From: Octopus vulgaris
Lineage: Eukaryota
NCBI GenBank assembly: GCA_951406725.2
Contig: OX597820.1
Location: 39,432,001 to 39,496,000, forward strand
Reading direction: 5' to 3'
Length of the DNA: 64,000 nt
Positions 35,435 through 47,964 of this stretch are shown in pieces. The first letter of the stretch is position 1; every line of letters starts with the position of its first letter. The position numbers and the translations under genes were made by a program. The notes beneath the pieces are model-generated. The model made no database searches. It was not told the DNA's origin and worked only from the letters and a program-made list of their open reading frames with translations.

Positions 35435-38260
35435 TTGGGCTCTTTATGTTCAAATTCTGGTGAAGTTAATTTTACCTTTCGTCCTTTTGGGGGTTGATAA
35501 ATTAAGTATCAGTCAGGCGTCGTGGTCAGTGTAATTGCCTTTCCCACTCCCCTCAAAATTTCAGGTCTTGTGTCTATACTATAAAAAATTATTGGTATTA
35601 AGGTGGGAAGCTGGCAGACTCATTAACATACCATACAAAATGCTTAACGATATTTTGTTTGCCGTCATGTTCTGAGTTCAAATTCCACCAAGGTTGACTT
35701 TGTGATTCATTTGTTCAGGGTCAATATAAGTACCTGCTAAATACTCATGTTTGGGGTTTGTACCTATAGTAGAAAGGATGATGATTATTATTATTAAGGC
35801 AGGAAGTTGGCAGAATTGTGAGCACACTGAGCAGAAGGCTTTGCTGCATTTCACCCATCTTTACATTCTCAGTTCAAATCTGCTGGGGTCAACTTATCCT
35901 TTCATTCTTTTGGAATTGATAAAATAAGTACCAGTTGGGGACTGGGGTTGATGGAACTGACTTAACCGCTTAACCAAAATTGCTGGCCATGGGCTAAAAT
36001 TTGAAATTATTATTAATCCAAGGTCGACTTTGCCTTTCATCCTTTCGTGGTTGATAAATTAAGTACCAGTCAAGTACTGGGGTCGATGTGATCAACTTAC
36101 CCCCTCTCCCAAAATCTACAGTAGAAAGGATTATTATTAATATTAAGGCAGAGTCGTTAGCATGTTGTGCAGAATGCTTAGTGGCATTTCATCCATTTTT
36201 ATGCTCTAAGTTCAAATTTCACAGAGGTTGACTTTGCCTTTGATCCTTTTGAGGTCAATTAAGTAAGTACCAGTTACACTCTGGGGTCAATATACTCGAC
36301 TTTTTCCCTCCCTGCATAGTAGAAAGGATTATTATTATTTTGTTTGGCTTTTGCTTTGTATTTGTACCAGTTGACTCCAAGTCTCACCCAGAGACCTCAA
36401 GAAACAACAAGTTAGAAATTCAAGTTGGTGTTATAACTAAGGTGCCATATTTTAGGTTCTGCACAAAGTATTATTTGAATTCGGTTTTGCACAGAGTATT
36501 GTGCTAGAGAATGTCTGTCAAAACATAAGTAAATTAGAAGTTTATTTTAAAAGTAATTTGATTGTAAGATGATAGTCTGATGTTAAGATGACAGTAAAAG
36601 GTATTTGCTGTTATGTACATTCAAAGTATTTTGACACTGTTTATGGATTTAAATAGTTTTGGGATTACATAGACAATATTTTACAAGGCGGTGAGCTAGC
36701 AGAAACATTAGCATGCCAGGTAAAATGCTTAGCGCTATTTCATCTGTCTTTACATTCTGAGTTCAAGATCCACTGAGGTTGACTTTGCCTTTCATCTTTT
36801 CAGGGTAGATAAATTAAGTACCAGTTGCATACTGGGGTTGATCTAATCAACTGGCCCCCTCCTCAAAAATTTCGGGCCTTGTGCCTAGCGTAGAAAAGAA
36901 TATTTTACATAGGATATGGGCAGTTCCAATGAGCACTATATTTTTAATTTCTTCTATTTTTGGATTTCCTGGTATCTGAGCTAGGTAGCAATCAGCCCCT
37001 TTTACTATCATTCCTAGGGTGCCTATGACAACAGGTATTGTTTTAGTCTTGAGGTTCCACATTTTGCCAATTACCATTTCAAGATCTTTATACTTGCAGT
37101 TTTTGGTAGGTCTTGACAGATACATTTATGTTGATTGGGACAGTTATATCAAGGAGGAGGCATGATTTTTGTCTGAAATCCTTCAATATAATGTCTGGCC
37201 TATTTGCATCTATCTTTCTGTCAGTTTGAACAGGGAAGTTCCAAAGGTGCAAGATGTGGTCATTTTCAAGCACTGGTGGTGGTTTGTGTTCCCACCAGTT
37301 TTTATCATGGGGCAGGTCCAAGTCTTTCCAAATTACCCTGTGAATATACTGTGCTGCTCTACCATGCTTATTAAGATTCTCTTTAGTATGATGTTTTCTT
37401 GTTTTTATGCTTTAAGACAAGTTTTAACATCCAGTCATCAGAGTTTTTCAGGTAGGTGTTTAGGCTAATTGTGGCAATCTTCATTGTTAATTCCAGTTGT
37501 AAAAGTGCATGGCCACCCTCTTTTCTTGACAGATAAAGTTGTTTTATATCTGCCCTAGGGTGGTGCATTCTATGCATTGTCAACAATTTTCATATTTTTC
37601 TGTCAAGATTGCAGATTTTAGTAATTGACCAGTAGATCACGACTGATATGGTTAAAGTATTGATCTTTTCGATCCTGTTTCTTGCATTCAGCTCTGTCTT
37701 GAGTATTGCCCTTTAGCTGCAATAACATTCTTTACTGATCATCAGTATTATTGTTATTATTACCGTTGTTGTTGTTATTAAGGTGGTGAGCTAGCTGAAT
37801 TATTAGACTGCCGGGCAAAATGCTTAGCAGTATTTCGTCTGCTGCTACGTTCTGAGTTCAAATTCCGCTGAAGTCGACTTTACCTGTCATCCTTTCAGCG
37901 TTGATGAAATAAGTACCAGTTACACACTGGGGTCGAAGTAATCGACTATCCCCTCCCCAAAATTTTCAGGCCTTGTGCCTACAGTAGAAAGGAATATTAA
38001 TTTTATTATCATCATCATCATTATTATTATTATTATGATTGTTGTTAAGGTGGCAAGCTGGCAGAATTGTTAGTGCATTAGGAAAAATGCTGAATGGCAT
38101 TTCATCCATCTTTACATTCTCAGTTCAAATTCCACCAAGGTTGACTTTGCCTTTCATCCTTTCAGGGTTGATAAATTAAGTACTAGTGAAGCACTGGGAT
38201 CAATGTAATCAAGTGGTCTCCTCCCACAAAATGTCAGGCTTTGTGCCCCTAGTAGAAAGG

Positions 38261-38292
<32 letters not shown>

Positions 38293-38727
38293 GACAGTGA
38301 GCGAGCTGGCAGAATCATTAGCACACCAGACAAAATTGTTAGTGGCATTTCATCCGTCTTTACATTCTGAATTCAAATTCTACCATGGTCAAATTTGCCT
38401 TTCATCCTTTCAGGGTTGATAAATTAAGTACTGGGTCAGTGTAATCAACTGGTCCCCTCCCCCAATATTTCAGGCCTTGTGCCTTTAGTATAAAGAATTA
38501 TAATTATTATTATCATCATATGAGAATTAAAGGCAGTGAGTTGGTAGAATTGTTAGAGCATTAGACAAAATAACTGATAGTATTTCTGAGTTCAAATTCC
38601 ACCTATATCAACCTTGCCTTTCATCCCTCCAGGTCAATAAATCAACTACCAGTCAAGTACTGGTTAATGACGACTATGCTCTACCCATCAAATTGCTGGC
38701 CTTGTGCCTAAATCAGAAACCATTATA
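35435..38727 (+). mobile_element. Cluster of ~10 same-orientation family M SINEs separated by (ATT)n
   Basis: Repeated TTAAGG..GCTGGCAGAAT heads, GACTTTGCCTTTCATCCTTT cores and AGTAGAAAGGATTATT tails. Confidence 0.88.
36340..37742 (-). mobile_element. R4/Dong-clade non-LTR retrotransposon 3' portion (REL endonuclease)
   Basis: HHPRADIKQLYLSRKEGG, WEHKP..VLEND..LWNFPVQTDRKIDANRPDII and KYKDL..IPVVIGTLG; a SINE is nested at 36683-36902. Confidence 0.85.
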
Positions 38728-39367
38728 ACTTTAAAATGATAAATGATTTTTTTTTTTGTCTTTCTACTGCTGAAATTATAACTGCATTTAAATAAAAATT
38801 TGGGTTGATGTGGGTTGGGTCAAATTAATCAAAGCTATTACCAAGAATTCCACTGATTCATTCTTTAGTGAGACCAAAATGTATTTAAGACTGCTGAGTT
38901 GTAATCCTTTCTCACATAACTGAATGAATGAATCTGGGGAAATTGCTTTAAATTGCTTTTTATCAAAATTCATTTTCAGATTTCATCCAAAGACAGATAT
39001 ACAATATAATGTTTCCTCATTTTAAAGCATCATTGTAATTTATTTTGGTACACACTGCTGATTACTTCCAGCATGTAATTATTCTAGCTGGAAATGCTTG
39101 TCCATTAATTTGTTCCAGTCTTTGTCTTTTATTACACAACACTTGGCAACAGGAATGTTAGTGGTGGTGGTGGTGTTGTTGTATTTTATGTGGATGTCTT
39201 CTCCTTCCTTCTTTGAATTTTAAATTAAAATATTTACTCTTTACTTTTTATCTTCTGTTTTTGTGTTGACTTATTTATTAAATCATATCGGTGGATATTT
39301 GTGTTTCTCTGTGTGTGTTTATATACATACCTGCATACATACATCTGTGTGTGTATATATATATGTA

Positions 39368-40819
39368 CTAGCAGTATCACCCGGCGTTGCTTGGGTTTGT
39401 TTCGACCCGCTGGAATTGGAATTTTTGAAAAGTAAAAATTTTGCATTATGTAGCTTGTTATTCTCTTCAAGTGAACATTTTTCTGGTTGAAATACACCAA
39501 AAAGTGGCGACACAGCAGTGAAAAAATCGTAAAAAATAGGGATTTTCATAGAAAAAAGCACCTTTTAGATGTAAATAATTTTTGGTGTTAACATGGTCCG
39601 ATTTGAATTTTATCTTCTACAGAAGGAAGAGCAACTCTTCTTCCATCATACTCTCAGAAAGTAAATTAAAAACCAATTTACCTTTTCTGTTGAGTTATCA
39701 TGGCAATTCGACCCTCTGATTTCCTTAAATCCATCTCTTTTCTTCAAATCTGTCTCTTTTCTTCAACTGAACTTAGTTCCTTTGTGAAATCTAGGAGTGT
39801 TTTTTTTTTTATTTCTCGAGAAAGTTTTGTTTCCTCGACACTAAAAACTAACAGGAAGTAGACAACAGTCCCAGTATAACTGGTGTAATAGTGTAACTCA
39901 TAATGTGAGCGGCTAGCATCTACTCACCATATGTCAGTGAATTATTGGTGTGTGTTTGCAAATGTGTTCGAATGAGAAAGTGAATTGTGTTTGGCGCCTT
40001 TTTTACTAATAACAAACACACGTGTGTGTGTTTGTATGTAGTTGTTTGAAACATTTGTGTTTGTCACTGTCATATATGTATATGTTTGCGTGTCTGTGTG
40101 TGTGTGAGGAGTAAATCGTTATGTATTTATTTGTTTCTGTTTCCTTTTTTTTTGTTGAGGAGTGGTTTGCAAAGAGAAAGTATATATATATGTTTGCGTG
40201 TCTATGTGTGTGTGCGAGGAGTAAATCGTTATGTATTAATTTTTGTCTCTGTTTCCTGTCTGTATTTTTTTTGAGTAGTGGTTTAAGGTACACTTGCAAA
40301 GAGAAAGTGCGGTAATAGAAGGAGTAAAGCATTTGAATTGAGAGAGGGAAATCGTAAAATATTGAGTTTTCTCGAATTTTTGCTTAATTGGGGGTCAAAT
40401 TGAAAGACATTTATATGCCATGACCCAATGGAATGTACTTCGAAAAATCATAGGTAAATTCCAATTGAAGAAATTGTGTGAGGAGTAAATCGTTATGTAT
40501 TTATTTGTTTCCGTTTCCTCTGTATTTTTTTTAGTAGTGGTTTAAGGTACACTTGCAAAGAGAAAGTAGGAGAAAGTGTGGTAATAGAAGGAGTGAAGCA
40601 GTTGAAATGAAAGAGGCAAATCGTAAAATATTTAGTTTTCTCGAATTTTTGCTTAATTGGGGGTCAAATTGAAAAAAATTGATATGCCATGACCCAATCG
40701 AATCTACTTCGAAAAATCATAGGTAAATTCCAATTGAAGAAATTCTATATTGTACAATTGTATTAAAAAGAAACATAGTCACAGGCAGAGAAAATCTGCC
40801 TTTTATCATAAGATAAGAG

Positions 40820-40820
<1 letters not shown>
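39368..40820 (-). mobile_element. Non-autonomous Helitron with internal tandem repeats
   Basis: 3' CTAG and hairpin end shared with 60049; TC-type 5' end near 40820; ~270-bp internal tandem duplication. Confidence 0.7.
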
Positions 40821-40852
<32 letters not shown>

Positions 40853-40887
40853 TATATATATACACACACACATATATATATACACAC

Positions 40888-40942
<55 letters not shown>

Positions 40943-41104
40943 CATACATATATACATACATACATATATACATACATACATATGTATATACATACATATA
41001 TACATGCATACATACATATGTATATACATACATATATATATACATATATATATAGAGAGAGAGATAGATAGATATACATATATATAGATATATATACATA
41101 TATG

Positions 41105-41375
41105 CGGAGGCGCAATGGCCTAGTGGTTGGGCAGCGGACTCGCGGTTTCGATTCCCAGACCGGGCGTTGTGAGTGTTTATTGAGCGAAAACACCTAAAAG
41201 CTCCACGAGGCTCCGGCAGGGGGTGGTGATCCCTGCTGTACTCTTTCACCACTCTTTCTTCTGTTGGCCTGCTCGCTTAGCCAGCGGGGTGGCATCATTC
41301 GAAGGCTAAAACTATGCAAATGCATTGTGACCAGCGATGTGTAAAACATCTGATGGTCTAGTTGATCACGTGATA
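41105..41375 (+). mobile_element. SINE family B head with an alternative tail
   Basis: 5' part matches 14767; diverges after CACTCTTTCTTC. Confidence 0.8.
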
Positions 41376-41397
41376 TACATATATATATATATATACA

Positions 41398-41810
41398 TAT
41401 CATCATCATCGTTTAACTTCCGTTTTCCATGTTAGCATGGGTTGGACTGTTCAACTGGGGTCTGGGAAGCCAGGAGGCTGCACCAGGCTCCAGTCTGATC
41501 TGGCAGTGTTTCTACTGCTGGATGCCCTTCCTAACACGAACCACTCTGTGAGTGTAGTGGGTGCTTTTTACTTGCCATCGGCACAGGTGCCAGGGGAGGC
41601 TGGCAATGGCCACGATCGGTGAGTGCTTTTTACTTGCTACCGGCATGGAAGCCAGTCAAGGCGTCACTGGCATCGGCCACGTTCAGATGGTGCTTTTTAC
41701 ATGCCACCGGCACAGGCATCACAACTACAATTTCCATTTGATTTTTTGATGTTGATGTACTTGACTCAATAGGTCTCCTCAAGCACAGCAGGTTGCTCTA
41801 CAATCCAAGG
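41398..41810 (-). mobile_element. SINE-like family C
   Basis: CATCATCATCGTTTAAC..TTCCATG end; homolog of 45368-45725. Confidence 0.8.
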
Positions 41811-42093
41811 TAAGCACATAAATACATATATATACACATATATACATATATATATATGCATATATATATATATATATATTCATATATATACATATTTAAG
41901 TAGGTGAATGAATTATCCTAGTATTGATAATTCAGTTAATCGATATCTGGGTAGCAAATTTACGTCAGAAAACACGGTTGAAGCTACTTGCCAAGGGCAG
42001 AAACCCTGTGTTCTTGTGTGGTAATTTGTGTGTTTTTTTATATGAATAAATGAAAGAATGGAGTCGAACGAAGATTTTAACAAAATTCCTTTA

Positions 42094-42176
42094 CTCTCAA
42101 CACATGTTTCAAAGACTGCATACTCTTAATTCCGAAGGAATAAAGGGTGCATTATGCCGTCTTCTCATCAGGAAAG
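42094..42176 (-). ncRNA. Type I hammerhead ribozyme motif with long stem II
   Basis: Minus strand CUUUC-CUGAUGA-GAAGAC...GUCUUU-GAAA-CAUGUG-UU-GAGAG; stem I CUUUC/GAGAG. Confidence 0.6.
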
Positions 42177-42799
42177 ACAAGGAACCTCTATCAGCCTCAA
42201 GACGAACAAAAACTTTTTTATGACTGCCTACATGGTGTCCACAGTGATAATGAGCATTTTTTTAAAAATTCGTTATAAGCAATGACGTCAAAATTTGTTG
42301 GAAGGAGGAAGTTCTAAAAATAAGAAGGGGACAGTATGTATGCTGAATGTATGGGGATGCACGGATGTTTGCTCTTGTTAATGAGTTTGATTGTTTATGT
42401 GTATGTATGAGTGTGTGTATATAACTGCATTTGTGTCTGTGTGTGTAATTTTGTGTGTGGTGGGGACAATTGTCAAATATATTTAGTAGTGAGGTGACAA
42501 ATTTGTGTCTGTGTGTTTGATTGAGCGTATGATAGAGAGAGAGGGAGAGGTAGAGAGGAAGAGATAAACATACTCTAATGATATTTAGTAGTAATGTTTC
42601 ATGCAACGGAGTAGCATTGTGCTTCAGCACCCTAGAAAATATTTATCTCATCTCGGTTTTCAAACTGAAAATTACAGAAAACTTTTGTAAATAGAATTTG
42701 ATGAGTGTATATGCTTGTCAATTTATAATGAATGTAGAGAAAATGAGTTTTATTTGTTCTTTATATTTTCTTAATTATTATCTTGATGGAAAGAAAATG

Positions 42800-42905
42800 A
42801 ACACAAAACAACAGAACAGAGCAGCAATGAAAGGTTTCTACAGAAGCAAGCTTACAAAAATAGGGTACAAAAAGAGAATGCATACAATTTGGAAGACCCG
42901 ATATG
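42800..42905 (+). mobile_element. Possible N-terminal fragment of an R4-clade ORF
   Basis: MKGFYRSKLTKIGYKKRMHTIW resembles the recalled YxS..GYRKRM..IW region of R4/Dong proteins. Confidence 0.45.
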
Positions 42906-43171
42906 ATTATAAAAAAAAAAAAAAACCAGTGTTAGATTTTGCAAACTTTTGTTCAGGAATTTTTTAACTAATAAACATCTGTTTTAAGCAATGTTTTGAC
43001 TGTTATTTCTAACAACTCCTGTTGGTTTGCTCATAGCTTTTAGATAGTTTATTTGCTCACAAATCTTTTTAATGTTTTTCACTGTTTACTGTAGCTAGTT
43101 TAATGCTTTGACATGGCAGTGCCCTCCCCCTGTCCCTCTCGCTTTCTCTCTACTGTGACAGATGATGGTGC

Positions 43172-43213
<42 letters not shown>

Positions 43214-44589
43214 TCATTTGTGTATGTTTAGGTTAAACTCTTTGCTGAGTTCTCAGGATATGACGCTGAAAGAGCCAAAGGTGGAGAACTGGTGATTATA
43301 GCCATGATGGACCCTATAGGTATGATAAAATGTATCTTTCATGTGGACAAGGGCTAAAGATAAGACAACTGCAATTTAGGTAGATGTTTAAGTGTGAGAG
43401 ACTTTTTTAATATGGTTCTTTCCTCAGCTAAGCATAATCTACAGCTTATGCTCATGGTCCTTGCTATTTTTCCCCTATACCTGCCATTTCTGATGGTCAC
43501 ATGATATTACTTAACTGTGCTATTATCTAACATCCGGTTTTACTACCTAATGCAAAATCGATTGGTAAGATCAACTATAATGGATATATAATACTGTATG
43601 CTTTGATCAATATACCTGGTCTAATGACAAATATATATGGGTACATACTTTTTCTGTCTTATGGCTTCTTAGTTGAATATACATATACATGTATATGTGT
43701 ATACACACATTCACACAAACATATATATATATATATATATATACGAGCAAAACACCCACCTGTCCAATGGACGGTGCTGAGTTGTCAAACATTTAAACCA
43801 AATTTTCTCAAAACAGCTTGCCCGACCATCCCATAGGCCTCCCCTTTGAGAAACACTGATTTAACCTAAATTTGAGACACCACCAAAAGAAGAAATAAAG
43901 ATAGACTATTTTCTATTCCAAGAAAAACGATTTTACAAATGCACGTTCCCATGGCTTTATCAATTGCATTCTCACCTGAAATCGATTTTTGTAATTTTTT
44001 TCAAGACTTTTAGATGCTCTGATACCATCAGTATCTACATATCAAATTTGAGTGCAATTGGATGGAGGATGCCTGAGATTCTAGAAGACACACACACACA
44101 ACGGATTTTATATAATAGATGTATATATGAAAGTGAGAGAGAGATACATACATACATACAAACACACATACAAACATACATACATACATGCATGCATAAA
44201 TATATGCATGCATGTGTGTGTGTGTATACACACAGACACATATATTTAATAACAATAACAGTTCAATCCCAGTGTTCTAAACAAGTACCAGTTGAACACA
44301 GATTAATGTAATAAACTTGCTTCCCCCTCTAAATTTCAGGTTTTTTTGCCTATAATTATAACAGAAATAATTAAATTAATAATTCGGCTTTATATAAGTG
44401 TGATGAGTTGGTATGATCCTTATTGCATTGAACAAAATGCTTAGTGGTGTTCCTTCTGGCTCTTTATGTTCTGAGTTCAAATACTACAGAGTTCAACTTT
44501 GCCTTTCATTCAAAATTTGAAACAATTAATAATAATAATAATGATAATAATAATAATTATAAAAATGATAATTTTCTTTTTCTTTCTGT

Positions 44590-44890
44590 CACTCTTTTCA
44601 AGCCTAGCTAGGCTCATGGGCCCGGTTTCCCAGTTTCTGTGGCATATGTGTTCCCCCCAGGTGGACGGGACACCAGTCCATCGCAGTGTTACTCAAGAAA
44701 CAGGAAGAGAGAGTGAGAGAAAGTTGTGGCGAAAGAGTACAACAGGGGCCGCCACCAACCCCTGCCAGAGCCTCGTGGAGCTTTTAGGTGTTTTCGCTCA
44801 ATAAACACACACAACACCTGGTCTGGGAATCGAAACAGCGATCCTCCGACCGCGAGTTCGCTGCCCTAACCACTGGGCCATTGCGCCTCC
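44590..44890 (-). mobile_element. tRNA-derived SINE family B
   Basis: Reverse complement of 14767-15072. Confidence 0.88.
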
Positions 44891-44910
44891 AATAATGATA
44901 ATAATAATAA

Positions 44911-46147
44911 CTAGCAGGACCTGTAAATATTTCACAGAATTAATGATAAATCTATTGGGTTATTTCTGAAAACTTTATGCAAAAAACCTGAAAGTGTAGC
45001 CTGTGTTGTGTCTGTGTGGAAAGTTAGTCACTCATCTGCTTACTCATGGAAAAGTGAAAGAAATTGGAATATAATGATTACTTAAACCCTTTTGTTACCA
45101 TATTTTTGTTGAGTTGCTCTGTGTTTCTTTCAATTAATTTTAAATGTAACAAAGAATTTAGTAAAATAACCTAGTTATCATTAAGCTTGTGTTAGGAACA
45201 TATATTGTGATTAAGATTTGGTGGAAGATTTTAATTCAGAACTTTTGTAAACAAGACATTTGTACTACAGAGCCAGAAGCAGTTTCAGCCAGGTAGATAC
45301 CAAAAGGGTTAATGCACTTTATATATATTTATTTTATGTGCAATTTTATAGACTTAATACACAGCACTCATCATCATCATCGTTTAACGTCCGTTCTCCA
45401 TGCTAGCATGGGTTGGACGGTTCAACCGGGGATCTGGGAAGCCAGAAGGCTGCACCAGGCTCCGGTCTTATCTGGCAATGTTTCTACAGCTGGATGCCCT
45501 TCCTAACGCCAACCATTCCGTGAGTGTAGTGGGTGCTTTTTATGTGCCACCTGCACTGGTGCCAGGCGAGGCTGGCATCGGCCACGGTCGGATTGGTGCA
45601 TTTTACGTGCCACCTGCATGGAAGCCAGTCGAGGCGGCACTGGCTTCGGCCACGATTCGGATAGTGCTTTTTACGTGCCACCGACACGGAAGCCAGTCGA
45701 GGCGGCGCTGGCATCGGCCTCACATAAAGTAAATATTCACTCTTATTCTTCCATTTTCCCCATAAACAAAACAAAAAAAATCCTGTACACATGATACAAC
45801 TTTTAATTAAATGGCATATATCTGCCACATAAATAAGTGCGAATATTTCATGGAACTGCACTTATGCACATGTGTTAAGTGAGAGGGTGATATAAAAAAC
45901 TTAGTTCAATTTTTCTTTCTCCCTCTTTCTGTCTCACTCTTCACCTTATCCTCTTTGTTCTTTCCTTTTTCTTTCTCCTCTCTTTCCTTTCAACTAATCA
46001 TATGAAAGTATTACAATTATATTTCCTCCACATCATGTCATGGACGCTTCTCTCTCCCTCTTTTCTTTCTCCTCCTTTTTCTCTAATCACGTGAAAGTGT
46101 TACTGACAGACTAAGTAACGGAATGACAAGCAGAATTTATTATAAGA
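44911..46147 (-). mobile_element. Non-autonomous Helitron with nested piggyBac MITE (45087-45308) and family C element (45368-45725)
   Basis: Minus strand A|TCTTATAATAAA ... CTGTGAAATATTTACAG hairpin, CTAG|T. Confidence 0.6.
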
Positions 46148-47118
46148 TAATAATAATAATCCTTTCTATTATAGGCACATGGCCTGAAATTTGGCAGGAG
46201 AGGACTAGTCAATTACATCAACCCCAGTGTTTTACTGGTACTTAATTTATCGACCCCAAAAGGATGAAAGGCAGAATTTGAACTCAGATCGTAGCAGCAG
46301 ATGAAATACCCCTAAACATTTTGCCTGCCATGCTAACGATTCAGCTAAACACAAGGTTAGTAACTGTGGTGGGAGTGGCTTAATCAATCGCATTGGTCCT
46401 AGTGCTTGACTGGCACTTATTTTATTGACCTCTGAAAGGATGAAAGGCAAAGTTGACTGTGTTGGGATTAAAGAGTGGAACAAATACAACTATGCTGTCT
46501 TTCTAACACCCCAATGATTCTGCATATTTGAAGCTGCAAATTATGAGTAAAAAGATCAGCAGTTGTCACTGGCCTTAAAAATATCAGTCTTACTTTCTAT
46601 TGTATATCTTTGTTTAATTTTTCAATGTATTTGGATTCCAGAGTTATCTCTCTTTTCTTCATAAAAACTATCATTTACACTAAAGATTATTTTCTTCGTT
46701 TTGTGTATAATTTTAATTTACAAAATGTTTGTGTGTGTTTACTCTAGCACCGAGTATGTAAATTCCTACTTTACTAAAAAGTAAAAAAATATAGGCACAC
46801 AGTACAGGTGTGGCTGTCCAGTAAGAAGTTTCCTTTCCAGTCATGTGGTCTAAGGTTCAATCCCCCTGAGCGGCATCTTGACTAAGTGTCTTCTATTATA
46901 GCTCTGGGAGAACCAAAATTTTGTGAGTGGATTTGGTAGATGGAAACTAAAAGAACCCATTACTTATATGTGTGTGTGTGTGTGTGTGTATGTTTGTACA
47001 CACACACACAATCAGCGTCATATTTTTCATTTATTTATTATTTATCGGAACGCTAAAATCTTTGTAGGGCTGCAACCATAGCAGACTGTTAAGTACTGAT
47101 AAACTGACACATCAGTCT

Positions 47119-47590
47119 TATCTATCTATCTATCCGCTTAGTCGAAGTCAACACTCGGTTACTCCTCCAGTCAGTTCTATCCTGGGCCGCTTCCTTCAGA
47201 TTGGCTATGTCCATTCCGGTATCACTCTTGATGGTGTCAAGTCAGCAGGTTCTTGGTCGGCCTCTTCCTCTCTTGCCACAGACCATTCCGAGCATGATGT
47301 CCTTCTCCAGGGACTTTCTTCGCATAATATGACCGAAATATGCCAATCTACGCTTGGTGATCCTAGCTTCTAGCGACATTTTCGGCCCTATTTGCTTAAG
47401 AACTTCTCCATTGGTGAGCCTCGCCGTCCATGGAATCCGTAAAAGTCTTCTCCAACACCAAAGCTTGAATGCATTAATTCTCTTCTGGTCAGCTTTCTTT
47501 AGTGTCCAGGTCTCGCATCCATATGTTGCTATTGGGAAGACAATTGCATTCACCAATCTGCATTTGGTAGCGAGTCTGATGTCTCTCTTA
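47119..47590 (-). mobile_element. 5'-truncated RTE/BovB-like LINE with (GATA)n tail
   Basis: VFPIATYGCETWTLKKA..LWCWRRLLRIPWTAR..YFGHIMRR.SLEKDIMLG..GKRGRGRP. Confidence 0.9.
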
Positions 47591-47699
47591 CCAAGTTTTA
47601 TTAATATAGATGAGAAATTGAGTTTTCATTGACTTTTATGCAAACTGTCAAACTTAGCCTAAACACCATGTACATGTATTAACGCATGCATACATACAC

Positions 47700-47926
47700 G
47701 TGTGCGCGACTGTAAATGTTTACCAGTGTGACGAGTTTTGTCCCTTTATCTCAAGGTTGTGACCTAGCGGTCACTTAATGAGTGTTAAAATAAAAAAAAA
47801 AAAAGCACTTTGAAAGAAATATCCCCAGTCTCCCAGCACGGCGGTATTCCAATGGCTGAAACTAGTAAAATCAGATCGAAAAGAAAAGGATAGCGAAATC
47901 TGAATGAAAAGATTAGATTTATGAGA

Positions 47927-47964
<38 letters not shown>

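Noticed and set aside
46594-46679. Minus-strand exon-like segment with GTAAG donor
   Set aside because: Stops in all three frames; could only be non-coding and is unsupported.
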